From contig JANNEF010000288.1 in NCBI GenBank assembly GCA_031378375.1, positions 24,186-88,185 of the forward strand: a DNA stretch of 64,000 bases. The letters run 5' to 3'. The notes under the pieces were generated by a model that worked only from the letters and a program-made list of their open reading frames with translations, ran no database searches and had not been told where the DNA came from. This stretch comes from Verrucomicrobiota bacterium (lineage in GTDB: Bacteria > Verrucomicrobiota > Verrucomicrobiia > Limisphaerales > JANNEF01). Within the stretch, counting starts at the first letter, position 1. Every line of letters starts with the position of its first letter. The position numbers and the translations under genes were made by a program. This document shows positions 38,697 to 47,275 of this stretch, piece by piece.

Positions 38697-39497
38697 TTAC
38701 TCAAAGCTGACGGGACCAGCCGTGCTCTTGGACTTGAGCCACTGGTCAAATTCGGCCTGGGGCAAAACTTTGAACAGCCCCTTCATGTTTGAGTGGCCGT
38801 TGCCGCAAAGTTGCGCGCAGTTGATCTGGTAGGTGTTGGTCTTGGTCGGCTTGAAATGAATCGGGATGGCCATGCCCGGGATCGCGTCCTGCGTGACGCG
38901 CAGCGAGAGCACTTTGAAGGAATGAATCACGTCCAGCGAACTGATGTAGGTGATGACGTGTTTGTCCACCGGCACCGCGATCTCGGAGCTTTCCACCATC
39001 ACGTCATCTTTGCCGGGCGCGTCGGTGTCCTTCAATTTCGGGTCGCGGGCGATGACGCCCGTGGGGTTGGCGGCGGTGACGAGTTTGATGTCCTGCTTGC
39101 CAAACTGGCCGTCGGCGCCGGGGTAGCGGGCCATCCAGTTGAACTGGCGCGCGATCACGCGGATGACCGTGGCGTCCTTTTCCGCCGGAAACTTGTCCGC
39201 TGACTTGGCCCAGAGCGGAATGGCGAAGCCGATGAGCAGCACGCCTTCCACGAAGGCAATGGCCACCTCAACGTAGCTGGAGGCGTGGCTGGTGACGCCG
39301 ACATAATCGGCCTTGGGATTCTTCGACGCACGGAAGCGCCAGATCGTGTAGATGAAAAACGCCGCCCAGCCGACGAACAACGCCGCCATGAGCCAGTGCA
39401 GATAGACGATGAGGTTGTCCACCTCGCGCCCGTGTTCGGACGCCAGTTCCGGCAGCCGGAGCAGAGTGTGTTTGACGAAGCTATCGAAGGATTCCAT
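38697..39497 (-). CDS. ctaC: Cytochrome c oxidase subunit II (CuA, no fused cytochrome c)
   Basis: Two TM helices. CuA ligands in DVIHSF ... CAQLCGNGHSNM. Confidence 0.92.
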   Translation of the reverse strand: MESFDSFVKHTLLRLPELASEHGREVDNLIVYLHWLMAALFVGWAAFFIYTIWRFRASKNPKADYVGVTSHASSYVEVAIAFVEGVLLIGFAIPLWAKSADKFPAEKDATVIRVIARQFNWMARYPGADGQFGKQDIKLVTAANPTGVIARDPKLKDTDAPGKDDVMVESSEIAVPVDKHVITYISSLDVIHSFKVLSLRVTQDAIPGMAIPIHFKPTKTNTYQINCAQLCGNGHSNMKGLFKVLPQAEFDQWLKSKSTAGPVSFE

Positions 39498-39500
39498 GAA

Positions 39501-39764
39501 TCAGACCTTTTCTGTGGGTTGGGGCAACGGCGCGTTGACCGCCATCGCGGATCGTTTGGCGAGGTAAATGAAAAACGCCGCCACCCCGCCAAGAACGCAG
39601 GTGATGACGGCCAGCAGACTGAAGATTCCCATGTTCATGCCCTCGGCCATCCTCGAATCGGAGCGGCCAAAACAGGCGGCGCAGGCCAGCGCAGGTGGCG
39701 GCAGCGTGATGAGCAACAGCGCCAGCGGGACGGCAATCAGTTGAGTTAATTTGAGGAGTTTCAC
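39501..39764 (-). CDS. Small membrane protein (87 aa, GTG start) with a CAACFG motif
   Basis: In-frame GTG at 39764 forms a GTGA overlap with the stop of the upstream 68-aa ORF. VKLLKLTQLIAVPLALLLITLPPPALACAACFGRSDSRMAEGMNMGIFSLLAVITCVLGGVAAFFIYL has two hydrophobic helices. The longer ATG-started ORF (39501..40031) would overlap two other genes. Confidence 0.5.
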   Translation of the reverse strand: MKLLKLTQLIAVPLALLLITLPPPALACAACFGRSDSRMAEGMNMGIFSLLAVITCVLGGVAAFFIYLAKRSAMAVNAPLPQPTEKV

Positions 39765-39967
39765 AGGTAGCTGATGTGCTTGAGTTTCTTCAGGAAGTAT
39801 TTCCCGTAGATGATCAGCCCCACCCCGCAGGCCGCCGACGCAAGGCCGAAAATCAATTCGCGCACCGACCCGCCGCCAAAGTAGCTGTCCAGCCCCCAAG
39901 CGGTCACCCCGAACGCCAGCAGCGTCGAAGCAGTGATGAACACCAGATGAAAGGCTTTGAGGGACAT
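39761..39967 (-). CDS. Small 2-TM membrane protein (68 aa)
   Basis: MSLKAFHLVFITASTLLAFGVTAWGL...LIFGLASAACGVGLIIYGKYFLKKL. Starts 2 nt after the subunit IV stop. Confidence 0.6.
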   Translation of the reverse strand: MSLKAFHLVFITASTLLAFGVTAWGLDSYFGGGSVRELIFGLASAACGVGLIIYGKYFLKKLKHISYL

Positions 39968-39969
39968 GT

Positions 39970-40332
39970 TTACTGGGAGGAGATGGCCGGTGTGGACGAG
40001 CTGTTGTGGCTGCCAAAGAAGCTGCTGCCACGGGGCAGTTGGTCGCGGCCCCAGATTACCAGGAACATCATGCCGACGAGGAAAAATACCGTCGTCAGCA
40101 GAATGGCGTAAATCATCTTCTTCTCGGACAGCAAGTGCATGAAATAGCCGGCGACCAGAAAGGCTTTTACGGTGGCAACGAACATGGCAATACCAATCGT
40201 CAGCGCCAGACTGTCGAAATGCATGTAGTTCAATCCTACCGTGACCGCCGTGCCGACCAGCAAGGCAAAGAAAACCACCCAGTAAACTTTGATGTGCTTG
40301 GCGAGGTCGTGATGAGAATGGGATTCGCTCAT
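39970..40332 (-). CDS. ctaF: Cytochrome c oxidase subunit IV (prokaryotic CtaF/CoxD type)
   Basis: Internal ATG gives MSESHSHHDLAKHIKVYWVVFFALLVGTAVTV... with 3 TM helices, typical of bacterial subunit IV. Confidence 0.8.
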   Translation of the reverse strand: MSESHSHHDLAKHIKVYWVVFFALLVGTAVTVGLNYMHFDSLALTIGIAMFVATVKAFLVAGYFMHLLSEKKMIYAILLTTVFFLVGMMFLVIWGRDQLPRGSSFFGSHNSSSTPAISSQ

Positions 40333-40339
40333 AAATTGG

Positions 40340-41203
40340 TCACAGCAGATACAGCACCGGGAACAGGAATATCCAGACGAGGTCAACGAAATGCCAGAAC
40401 AGACCGGAGACCTCGACGCGGTTGATGTAGCGCTCCGGCTCGGTCTTCCACATCTTGGTGTTCGCCCAAATGTAGAAAATGACAATCGCCCCGCCGAGAA
40501 CGTGCAGGGCATGCAGCGCCGTGAGGGTGAAGTAAATGGCGAAGTACGGCCCGTGCCCCGGAACGAACGCCGAGAGGCGGCGGATGTCGGCGGTCTTGAT
40601 TTCGATCTCGGCGTGCGGCTGGCCGTGCGCCTCCTTCTTGGCGTGGGCCATTTCCCTGGCCGTCATCGAGTAATGGATGGGGTCGGGAGAGAACTTGATG
40701 GCCTCAACTTTTTTCTCGGCAAGCGTCTCGGTTTTCCAAAAGAGCGGGTGCGAACCGTTGTGCGTGAAGTGACCAAGCAACCGGTCGGTCTGCACGTCCT
40801 TGCCGGCGTGTTTCACGGTGATGGGCTGGTTGAGCCAGACTTCGTAGTGACCGAACTTCTCACGATATTCGTACGACTTGATGCCCAGAAAGCCCAGCGC
40901 GCACAACAGCGTGATCGCCTGACATTTCCGATAGCGGGCAAAGTTCCCGGCTTGCAACGCCGCCCAGCCGAGCACCACGGTGACGCTGGAAGAGATGAGT
41001 ACGGCGGTGTTGAAGGTGCCGATGGGGATGTTCAACAAGCCGTGCGGCCAGTCACCCGGCAGGGCGCCGACGCGCAGCAGGATGTAGGCGGAAAACAGCG
41101 CGCCGAAGAGCATCACTTCGGAGGCCAGGAACAGCCAGATGCCGACCTTGGCGTTGAACAGGCCGGTGTCCCGGCGGGCTTCGACTGTGTACGGGATTTC
41201 CAT
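40340..41203 (-). CDS. ctaE: Cytochrome c oxidase subunit III
   Basis: GIWLFLASEVMLFGALFSAY, YFTLTALHALHVLGG, GLFWHFVDLVWIFLFPVLYL. Confidence 0.92.
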   Translation of the reverse strand: MEIPYTVEARRDTGLFNAKVGIWLFLASEVMLFGALFSAYILLRVGALPGDWPHGLLNIPIGTFNTAVLISSSVTVVLGWAALQAGNFARYRKCQAITLLCALGFLGIKSYEYREKFGHYEVWLNQPITVKHAGKDVQTDRLLGHFTHNGSHPLFWKTETLAEKKVEAIKFSPDPIHYSMTAREMAHAKKEAHGQPHAEIEIKTADIRRLSAFVPGHGPYFAIYFTLTALHALHVLGGAIVIFYIWANTKMWKTEPERYINRVEVSGLFWHFVDLVWIFLFPVLYLL

Positions 41204-41209
41204 GAATGA

Positions 41210-43033
41210 TTAGCGCTTGGTGGATTTTTCGGGTTCGTTCTGCGGCGTGAAGTCCGTCGCGTGTCCGGGCACGCTGTATTCATAGGGGCCGCGATGCACT
41301 TCGATGGGCTTGGTGAAATTGCCGTGGGGCGGCGGCGTGGGCGTCTGCCACTCAACGGTGGTGGAGTTCCACGGATTGTCGGAAGCCTTCTTGCCCTTCT
41401 TAATGCTCCAGAAAAAGTTGATAATGAATGGAATCTGCGCCAGCCCCAACGCCCAGGCCGCGTGGGTGATGTTCACGTTCATCTTGAGGATGTCCGCAGG
41501 CAGGCCGACCTCTGTGTCGGTGCCGGCGTAGGTCGCGCCGCCGTTGTACATGCGGCGGATCATGCCGGCCATGCCTTGCACGAACATCGGCTGGAACACC
41601 AGGTTCATGAAAATCAACGACAGCCAGAAGTGAATCTTGCCCAGTCGCTCGCTCATGAATCGCCCGGTGATCTTCGGATACCAATGGTAGATGCCCGCGA
41701 ACAGCGCGAAGATCGTCCCCGGTGCCACCACGTAATGGAAATGCGCGATGACGTAGTAGGTGTCGTGCAGGTGCAGGTCGGTGAAGTTCAACCCCAGCGG
41801 CAGGCCCGTCAGTCCGCCGATGCCGAACATCGGCAGGAATGCCAGCGCGAAGAGCATCGCCGTGTTGAAGCGCATCGAGCCGCCCCACAACGAGAGGAAC
41901 AGACACGTCAGAATGATCACCGAAGGAATCGAAATGATCATCGTCGTCGTCTGAAAGAACGTGCTGATCTTCGTGCCCATGCCCGTCAGATACATGTGAT
42001 GCGCCCATACGATGAAGGAGAGGAAGCCAATCGCGAGCACCGAATAGACGAGCGACTTGTAGCCCCAAATCGGCTTGCGAGTGTTGGTGGCGATGATTTC
42101 CGCGACCATGCCCATCGCCGGTAGAATCAGCACGTAAACCTCCGGATGACCAAGGAACCAGAACAGATGCTGCCACAGCAACGGACTGCCGCCGCCGCTG
42201 ATCGTCGCCGGTTGGCCCGCCACAACGAGGCCGGACGGCAGGAAAAAGCTCGTGTCGAGCAGGTTGTCCATCAACTGCATCACGCCGGCGGCTTCCAGCG
42301 GCGGGAACGCCAACAACAGCAGGAACGCCGTGACAAACTGGGCCCACACAAAAAACGGCAGACGCATCCACGTCATGCCCGGCGCGCGCAATTGGATGAT
42401 GGTGGCGATGAAGTTCACCGCCCCCAACAGTGACGACGTGATCAGCAGCACCATGCCGAGGAGCCAGAGCGTTTGCCCATCCACGCGATGGGCCATGTCG
42501 GCAAAAGTCGCCAGTGGTGAATACGAAGTCCACCCGCTCTTGGCCGCGCCGCCGGGTGCGAAAAAACTGAAAAACATCACCACACCACCCATGAAATAAG
42601 CCTGGTAGCTGACCATGTTTATGCGCGGGAAAGCCATGTCCGGCGCGCCGATTTGCAGCGGCACCACGTAGTTGCCGAAGGCCGCGAACGCCAGCGGCAC
42701 GATGGCGAGGAAGACCATGATGGTGCCGTGCATCGCGCCGAAGGAATTGTAGAGGTCGGGCGACATCACGCCGCCGGACGCCACGTCCGCGCCGAGGATT
42801 TTTTCCAACAACCCGCCCACCATGGGAATCGGCTTGTCCGGATAGGCCATGGACCAGCGCATCATGGTCATCAGCAGAAAGCCGAACATCAAAAAGCACA
42901 GCGCCGTGAAGCCGTATTGGATGCCGATGACCTTGTGGTCGGTGGAGAAGATGTATTTGCGCCAGAAGCCCAATTCCTCGTGGTGGGCTTCGTGCGCTTC
43001 ATGCGTATGTGCAGCGTGGGTCGTTGCGTCCAT
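41210..43033 (-). CDS. ctaD: Cytochrome c oxidase subunit I (heme-copper oxidase, A-type)
   Basis: WFLGHPEVYVLILP, HHMYLTG, HFHYVVAPG and other canonical heme a/a3-CuB ligand motifs. Confidence 0.97.
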   Translation of the reverse strand: MDATTHAAHTHEAHEAHHEELGFWRKYIFSTDHKVIGIQYGFTALCFLMFGFLLMTMMRWSMAYPDKPIPMVGGLLEKILGADVASGGVMSPDLYNSFGAMHGTIMVFLAIVPLAFAAFGNYVVPLQIGAPDMAFPRINMVSYQAYFMGGVVMFFSFFAPGGAAKSGWTSYSPLATFADMAHRVDGQTLWLLGMVLLITSSLLGAVNFIATIIQLRAPGMTWMRLPFFVWAQFVTAFLLLLAFPPLEAAGVMQLMDNLLDTSFFLPSGLVVAGQPATISGGGSPLLWQHLFWFLGHPEVYVLILPAMGMVAEIIATNTRKPIWGYKSLVYSVLAIGFLSFIVWAHHMYLTGMGTKISTFFQTTTMIISIPSVIILTCLFLSLWGGSMRFNTAMLFALAFLPMFGIGGLTGLPLGLNFTDLHLHDTYYVIAHFHYVVAPGTIFALFAGIYHWYPKITGRFMSERLGKIHFWLSLIFMNLVFQPMFVQGMAGMIRRMYNGGATYAGTDTEVGLPADILKMNVNITHAAWALGLAQIPFIINFFWSIKKGKKASDNPWNSTTVEWQTPTPPPHGNFTKPIEVHRGPYEYSVPGHATDFTPQNEPEKSTKR

Positions 43034-43151
43034 TTTTCGTTTGGTTCGTTAAGTTGTTGCCGCTTGCCGGAGCTTCGTCAAATTTTCGAGAAGCGGAAAA
43101 CTATCGAGGCTCGTTTATTCATGTCAACGGCAGAATCATTTTTTGCGTGGT

Positions 43152-44057
43152 TCAATGCCTGATCTTATCGAAAACCATCAAGCCCAGCAGCAGCGGCAGA
43201 TACAGGATGGAAATGAAAAATAATTGGCGCGCCCGCTGCAGCGTCAGTTGCCGCGAAAACAACATCGCCGCGCCGAGGAAAACCAAACCCAGCACCAACG
43301 CACCCGCCAGATACACCGGCCCGGCCAGCCGAAAGAGAAACGGCAGCAGACTGATCGGCAGCAACCCCAGCGTGTGGCTCACCGCTTGATGGCCCGTGCG
43401 ATGGCCGTCGGGGTCCACCGACGGCAACATCACGAAGCCGGCCTGCGCGTAATCCTCCCGATACATCCACGCGATGGCCAGGAAGTGCGGGATTTGCCAG
43501 CAGAACAAAATCGCGAACAGCGACCACCCCTCGCCGCTCAGTTCGCCGCGCGCGGCGGTCCAACCCATGAGCGGCGGCAACGCGCCCGGGATTGCACCGA
43601 TAGCCGTGTTCATCCACGTCACGCGTTTGAGCGGTGTGTAGATGAACAGATAACTGATGAGCGTGATCGCGCCCAGCAGGCTCGTCAGTAGATTCACGCC
43701 GAGCGCCAGATACACCAACCCCAGCGCCGAACACGCGCCGCCAAAAATTAGCACGGTGTCCGGCTGCAAGCGCCCTGACGGCAGCGGGCGATCCTGCGTA
43801 CGCCGCATCTTCGCATCGAGGTCGCGCTCCCACAATTGATTCAGCGCCGCCGCGCCGCACGCGACCAGCGCGGTGCCGAGCAGCGTGTGCGTCATCAGCG
43901 CATAATCCACCGGCCCCCGCACCCCGACGTAGAAACCCACCAGCGTCGTCAACAGAACGAGAAAAGTAAGCCGCGCCTTGACCAGTTCACTGTAAACCGC
44001 GAACCACGATTTCTCCGCGATAGAACCTGCGGTGAGGGATTGCGCGGTGGCTTTCAT
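43152..44057 (-). CDS. ctaB: Protoheme IX farnesyltransferase (heme O synthase)
   Basis: Internal ATG (MKATAQSL...) gives an ATGA overlap with the ctaA stop. UbiA-family motifs NQLWERDLDAKMRRTQDRPLPSG. Confidence 0.9.
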   Translation of the reverse strand: MKATAQSLTAGSIAEKSWFAVYSELVKARLTFLVLLTTLVGFYVGVRGPVDYALMTHTLLGTALVACGAAALNQLWERDLDAKMRRTQDRPLPSGRLQPDTVLIFGGACSALGLVYLALGVNLLTSLLGAITLISYLFIYTPLKRVTWMNTAIGAIPGALPPLMGWTAARGELSGEGWSLFAILFCWQIPHFLAIAWMYREDYAQAGFVMLPSVDPDGHRTGHQAVSHTLGLLPISLLPFLFRLAGPVYLAGALVLGLVFLGAAMLFSRQLTLQRARQLFFISILYLPLLLGLMVFDKIRH

Positions 44058-45097
44058 GCCGGAAGTTCGGCCTCTCTTTCGGAACGCCCTGCTTGCGCGA
44101 GGGCGTTCACCGCCGACGGCGCCGCCACCAGGCAACGATACGCCGCCAACGTCAACAATACGCCCGTGACCAAGGTCAACGCGCCGACCCCGACATGCGC
44201 CGTGGCGATGTCGGCGGATTTATTGGTCCAAATTGTCGCCGCGCCCAAGGCGGCCTGCGCAACAATCAACGCCAGCCAGGCCAGCGAAAGTTTCGTCAGT
44301 GGTGAACCCATACCCAGCGCCCGCCAGCTCGCCCGTGCCGCCCACAATACCACGAGCAGAATCAAAACGGCACCGAGGCGATGCGCCATTTGCAGGCCGA
44401 TCTGCGCGGCGGTGATGGGATTCGCCGCCACGACTTCGCTGCGCAGCTGGTTGTAACGCGCCACCGACTCCACATCCATCGCAGGCCAGACTTTGCCATA
44501 AGCCGCCGGGAAATCGGGGATCGCCAACCCGGCGTGTTGATGACGCATCGTGGCACCCAGGACCAACTGCGTCACAATCATGGCTGTGGCCATCGCGAAG
44601 ACCTGCCGCAACCCGGTGCCATCACGACCCGGGGTTGCCTCCCGCCACCACCGCGACGTGAACAGCGCCACCGCGCTGACCAACACAAAGAACATCTGCG
44701 CCAGCGTCGCGTGAAAAATCCCCAACTCGTCCTTCAACGCCGTAACCCGCAAACCGCCCAGCACGCCCTGCAACACAACCAAGACCACCGCCGCCACGCC
44801 CAGCCAGCGCAGCCACGCCCGCGCTTCCTTCATCCACAGCCAGACCGCCAGCGCCACCGTCATCAACCCGACAAGCGACGCCACCAACCGGTGCGAGTGT
44901 TCATAAAAAATCCCGCCCACCCACTTGGAGAACGGGAAGAAGAACATGTTGTAGCCGTAGGTCGTCGGCCAGTCCGGCACGGACATGCCGGCTCCGCGAC
45001 TCGTGACCACGCCGCCCACACAGATCAACACCAGCGTCACCGCCGCCGTCAGTGTGGCGTAGCGGCTCAACCAGCGATTGTCTGTGCTTCGGGTCAT
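44054..45097 (-). CDS. ctaA: Heme A synthase (COX15/CtaA)
   Basis: 347 aa, 8 TM helices, conserved His pairs (EHSHRLVAS ; QMAHRLGAV). Confidence 0.88.
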   Translation of the reverse strand: MTRSTDNRWLSRYATLTAAVTLVLICVGGVVTSRGAGMSVPDWPTTYGYNMFFFPFSKWVGGIFYEHSHRLVASLVGLMTVALAVWLWMKEARAWLRWLGVAAVVLVVLQGVLGGLRVTALKDELGIFHATLAQMFFVLVSAVALFTSRWWREATPGRDGTGLRQVFAMATAMIVTQLVLGATMRHQHAGLAIPDFPAAYGKVWPAMDVESVARYNQLRSEVVAANPITAAQIGLQMAHRLGAVLILLVVLWAARASWRALGMGSPLTKLSLAWLALIVAQAALGAATIWTNKSADIATAHVGVGALTLVTGVLLTLAAYRCLVAAPSAVNALAQAGRSEREAELPA

Positions 45098-45111
45098 CTA
45101 CGAAAACCAGA

Positions 45112-45138
45112 GCCGCTGCGGCTTGGGACCGCAGCGGC
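45112..45138 (-). terminator. 10-bp GC hairpin between the cupredoxin gene and ctaA (attenuator or partial terminator)
   Basis: gccgctgcgg-cttggga-ccgcagcggc. On the transcribed strand it is followed by TCTGGTTTTCG, then the ctaA ATG. Confidence 0.45.
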
Positions 45139-45159
45139 GGGATCTAAAACGAACGGCGT

Positions 45160-45861
45160 CTATTGTGCCGCCGGAACGGATAACGTGAAGTTGGCTTCCT
45201 TCTTGTCGCTGTCGGTGACGGTGATTTCCTGAGTGCTCTTGCCCGCCTTCAGGTGGTAGGCCTCGACCGTGTACTTGCCTGCCGGCAGGCCGGCGATTTT
45301 GAAATTCCCGTCCTTGTCGGTCACGGAGAAGAACCCGTGGTCCACCACGCCGACGTAGGCGAACATCCATGGATGCACGTCGCACTTGAAGCGCACCAGC
45401 ACCTCCTGCTTGTCGAACGTCTTCTCGTTCACCTGTCCCTTGGTGACCTGCGCAAAATTGAAACCCTTGTTTACGACGGCCGTCGCGTTGACGTTGTGCA
45501 TCAGGGGATCTGAGTTGCGAACCTTGAACTTCTGCCCCACCTGCACGCCCAACACGTACGGTTGATACTCGCAGCCCGCCTGGTCGAGCAACGGCCCATC
45601 GGCAGGCGCGTCGCCCTTCTTGGTCACGCCTTCCTTGATCCACACGAACACATTGGCCAGCCCGCTGTCCGCGCCGACAACGTAATGGCGCGTGGTGATT
45701 TTTTTCGGCTGCACCTTGCCGCAATTGGCGTCGAGGGGAATATCCTTCTCCGCCGGCGCCGTGCCGGTGAGTTTCACTTTGCCGGTGATTTCGGCGGCGG
45801 AAAGCGTCTGCAACGCACCAATCACAACCGCCATTGTCAGGGTTTTTACAGTCATTTTCAT
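45160..45861 (-). CDS. Secreted cupredoxin (type-1 copper ligand set) with a C-terminal carboxypeptidase-regulatory-like beta-sandwich
   Basis: Signal peptide MKMTVKTLTMAVVIGALQTLSA. Candidate T1Cu ligands H (DPLMHNV) and C-x2-H-x2-M (KCDVHPWM). C-terminal FFSVTDKDGNFKIAGLPAGKYTVEAYH. Confidence 0.75.
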   Translation of the reverse strand: MKMTVKTLTMAVVIGALQTLSAAEITGKVKLTGTAPAEKDIPLDANCGKVQPKKITTRHYVVGADSGLANVFVWIKEGVTKKGDAPADGPLLDQAGCEYQPYVLGVQVGQKFKVRNSDPLMHNVNATAVVNKGFNFAQVTKGQVNEKTFDKQEVLVRFKCDVHPWMFAYVGVVDHGFFSVTDKDGNFKIAGLPAGKYTVEAYHLKAGKSTQEITVTDSDKKEANFTLSVPAAQ

Positions 45862-45929
45862 AAGTTCAAGCTCAGTTAGAAACGAATAATGGGGCGGAGC
45901 GTAACAGCCGCCGTTTTTCTGGCAAGCGA

Positions 45930-45949
45930 TTTGTGAAACTTTTCACAAA
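45930..45949. promoter_or_regulatory. Perfect CRP/FNR-family palindrome TGTGA-N6-TCACA upstream of the cupredoxin / oxidase cluster
   Basis: tttgtgaaacttttcacaaa is a perfect 9+9 inverted repeat. Centre is about 78 bp upstream of the cupredoxin ATG (45861), in a 136-bp intergenic gap. Confidence 0.6.
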
Positions 45950-45997
45950 GTCTTACGAAAGCTTTTGACGGGCAGCCAACTTCCTTATTCACGACCG

Positions 45998-47155
45998 CTA
46001 CGGCGCCTTCCGCAGCGACGCCAGATACTCCACCAGGTCCACCAGTTCCTGCGCCGTCATCGTCTGCTGCAACCCCAGCGGCATGATGGAGATCTTCGCC
46101 TGCTCGCGCCGGACGATGTCGCTCTTCTTGAAGCGCGCGATGATGCCGTTGGACGATTTGATCGCCACCTCCTCCGCCGAGTCGCTGACCATGAGGCCAT
46201 ACGGTTCGTCGCCGTTCTTGAGGACGAGTTGCCACGCCTCGTAGCCGAAAGAAATACCGGCGCTCGGGTCCAAAATTGACTCGATGAGTGCGTCCTTGCC
46301 CAGCTTGCTCCCGATCTCCGTTAAGTTCGGGCCGAAGTCCGTCCCCTGCCCTTTGACCTGGTGACAATTCGCGCAAGCCGTGTTCGCGCTGGAAAAAATC
46401 TTGGCACCATTGGCCGGGTCACCCGTCATTTTCAACAACTCCGACAGCGGTGGCAACGGCTGCGCGTTCTGCCCCTGCGGCAGCGGCAGCAACCGGGCCG
46501 CTTCGCTCTTGATCTCCGGCCACCGCACATGGCTCAACTCCGAACTGGTGGTGAACTTCAAATCCTCCGCCAGCTTGGCTTCGCGGGCGATCTGCAGCAA
46601 AGCAGTCGCGCCCTCGGCCGTTTGCACCAGGGCACGCACGACCTGCTTGCGCAAAGCCACCTCACGACCCGCATGAGCCAGCAGCGGCAACAGCAACGCC
46701 ACTGCGCGCCGGTCGCCGGAGTTGCCCAGCGCCTCGGCCGTCTTGATGGCAACGGCGGTGTTTGTTCCCTCCAACGCGCCCTGCAACAACGCGCTCTCCT
46801 GGCTCGCGAGCAACAGCCGCATCGCCTCCGCGCCGGTGTCGTTGGCAGAATTCCGCACCGCCACTTCCAGCAGACCCGCGCCCTGGCCCGTGAGTTTGAA
46901 CTGCCGCACCAGCTTCAAAAAGTTCTCCGTGCCGCGCGTTTTCTCCAGGAGTTTGAAAACTGTCTCCTTGAGCTTCTCATTCTGGTTGAGGTCCACGCCT
47001 TGGAGGCGGCTGAGCGCCTCAACCGCCAGGGCCGTGCGGTCCGCTGCCACGGATTCAGCGGGCACCGCAGGCGCAGCCACGCCCGCCGCAAGCCAACCCA
47101 TCACCATGACAAGCACGCCAAACCGCGCGCCGTCTCGAAAATAGTTACGGAACAT
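45998..47155 (-). CDS. HEAT-repeat protein with a C-terminal c-type cytochrome domain (PVC-type heme-binding domain)
   Basis: Start chosen at MFRNYF...GVLVMVMGWLAAGVAAPA (signal/anchor) inside the 761-aa ORF. Leu/Ala-rich HEAT-like repeats, then CANCH heme motif and distal IMPLG Met. Confidence 0.8.
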   Translation of the reverse strand: MFRNYFRDGARFGVLVMVMGWLAAGVAAPAVPAESVAADRTALAVEALSRLQGVDLNQNEKLKETVFKLLEKTRGTENFLKLVRQFKLTGQGAGLLEVAVRNSANDTGAEAMRLLLASQESALLQGALEGTNTAVAIKTAEALGNSGDRRAVALLLPLLAHAGREVALRKQVVRALVQTAEGATALLQIAREAKLAEDLKFTTSSELSHVRWPEIKSEAARLLPLPQGQNAQPLPPLSELLKMTGDPANGAKIFSSANTACANCHQVKGQGTDFGPNLTEIGSKLGKDALIESILDPSAGISFGYEAWQLVLKNGDEPYGLMVSDSAEEVAIKSSNGIIARFKKSDIVRREQAKISIMPLGLQQTMTAQELVDLVEYLASLRKAP

Positions 47156-47275
47156 TCTGCGGGGTTCGTAGCGAAAACCACCGCCGCTGGCCAGCAGGAA
47201 AAGTCCATCGCTACGCAAAGCCCCGGCTGCGCTTCGCCGTTGAAACGCTTTGCTGCAGATGGCAGGCTGGCGCGC

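Noticed and set aside
39501-40031. 176-aa ATG-initiated version of the small ORF in the oxidase cluster.
   Set aside because: Its N-terminal 89 aa would overlap both the 68-aa ORF and the end of ctaF, and has Arg/Gly/Ala-rich junk composition. The GTG at 39764, coupled to the upstream stop, gives a coherent membrane protein.
46361-47275. N-terminal extension of the 628-aa plus-strand ORF that contains kpsF.
   Set aside because: It is antisense to the HEAT/cytochrome c gene. KpsF homology begins only at the GTG at 47276.
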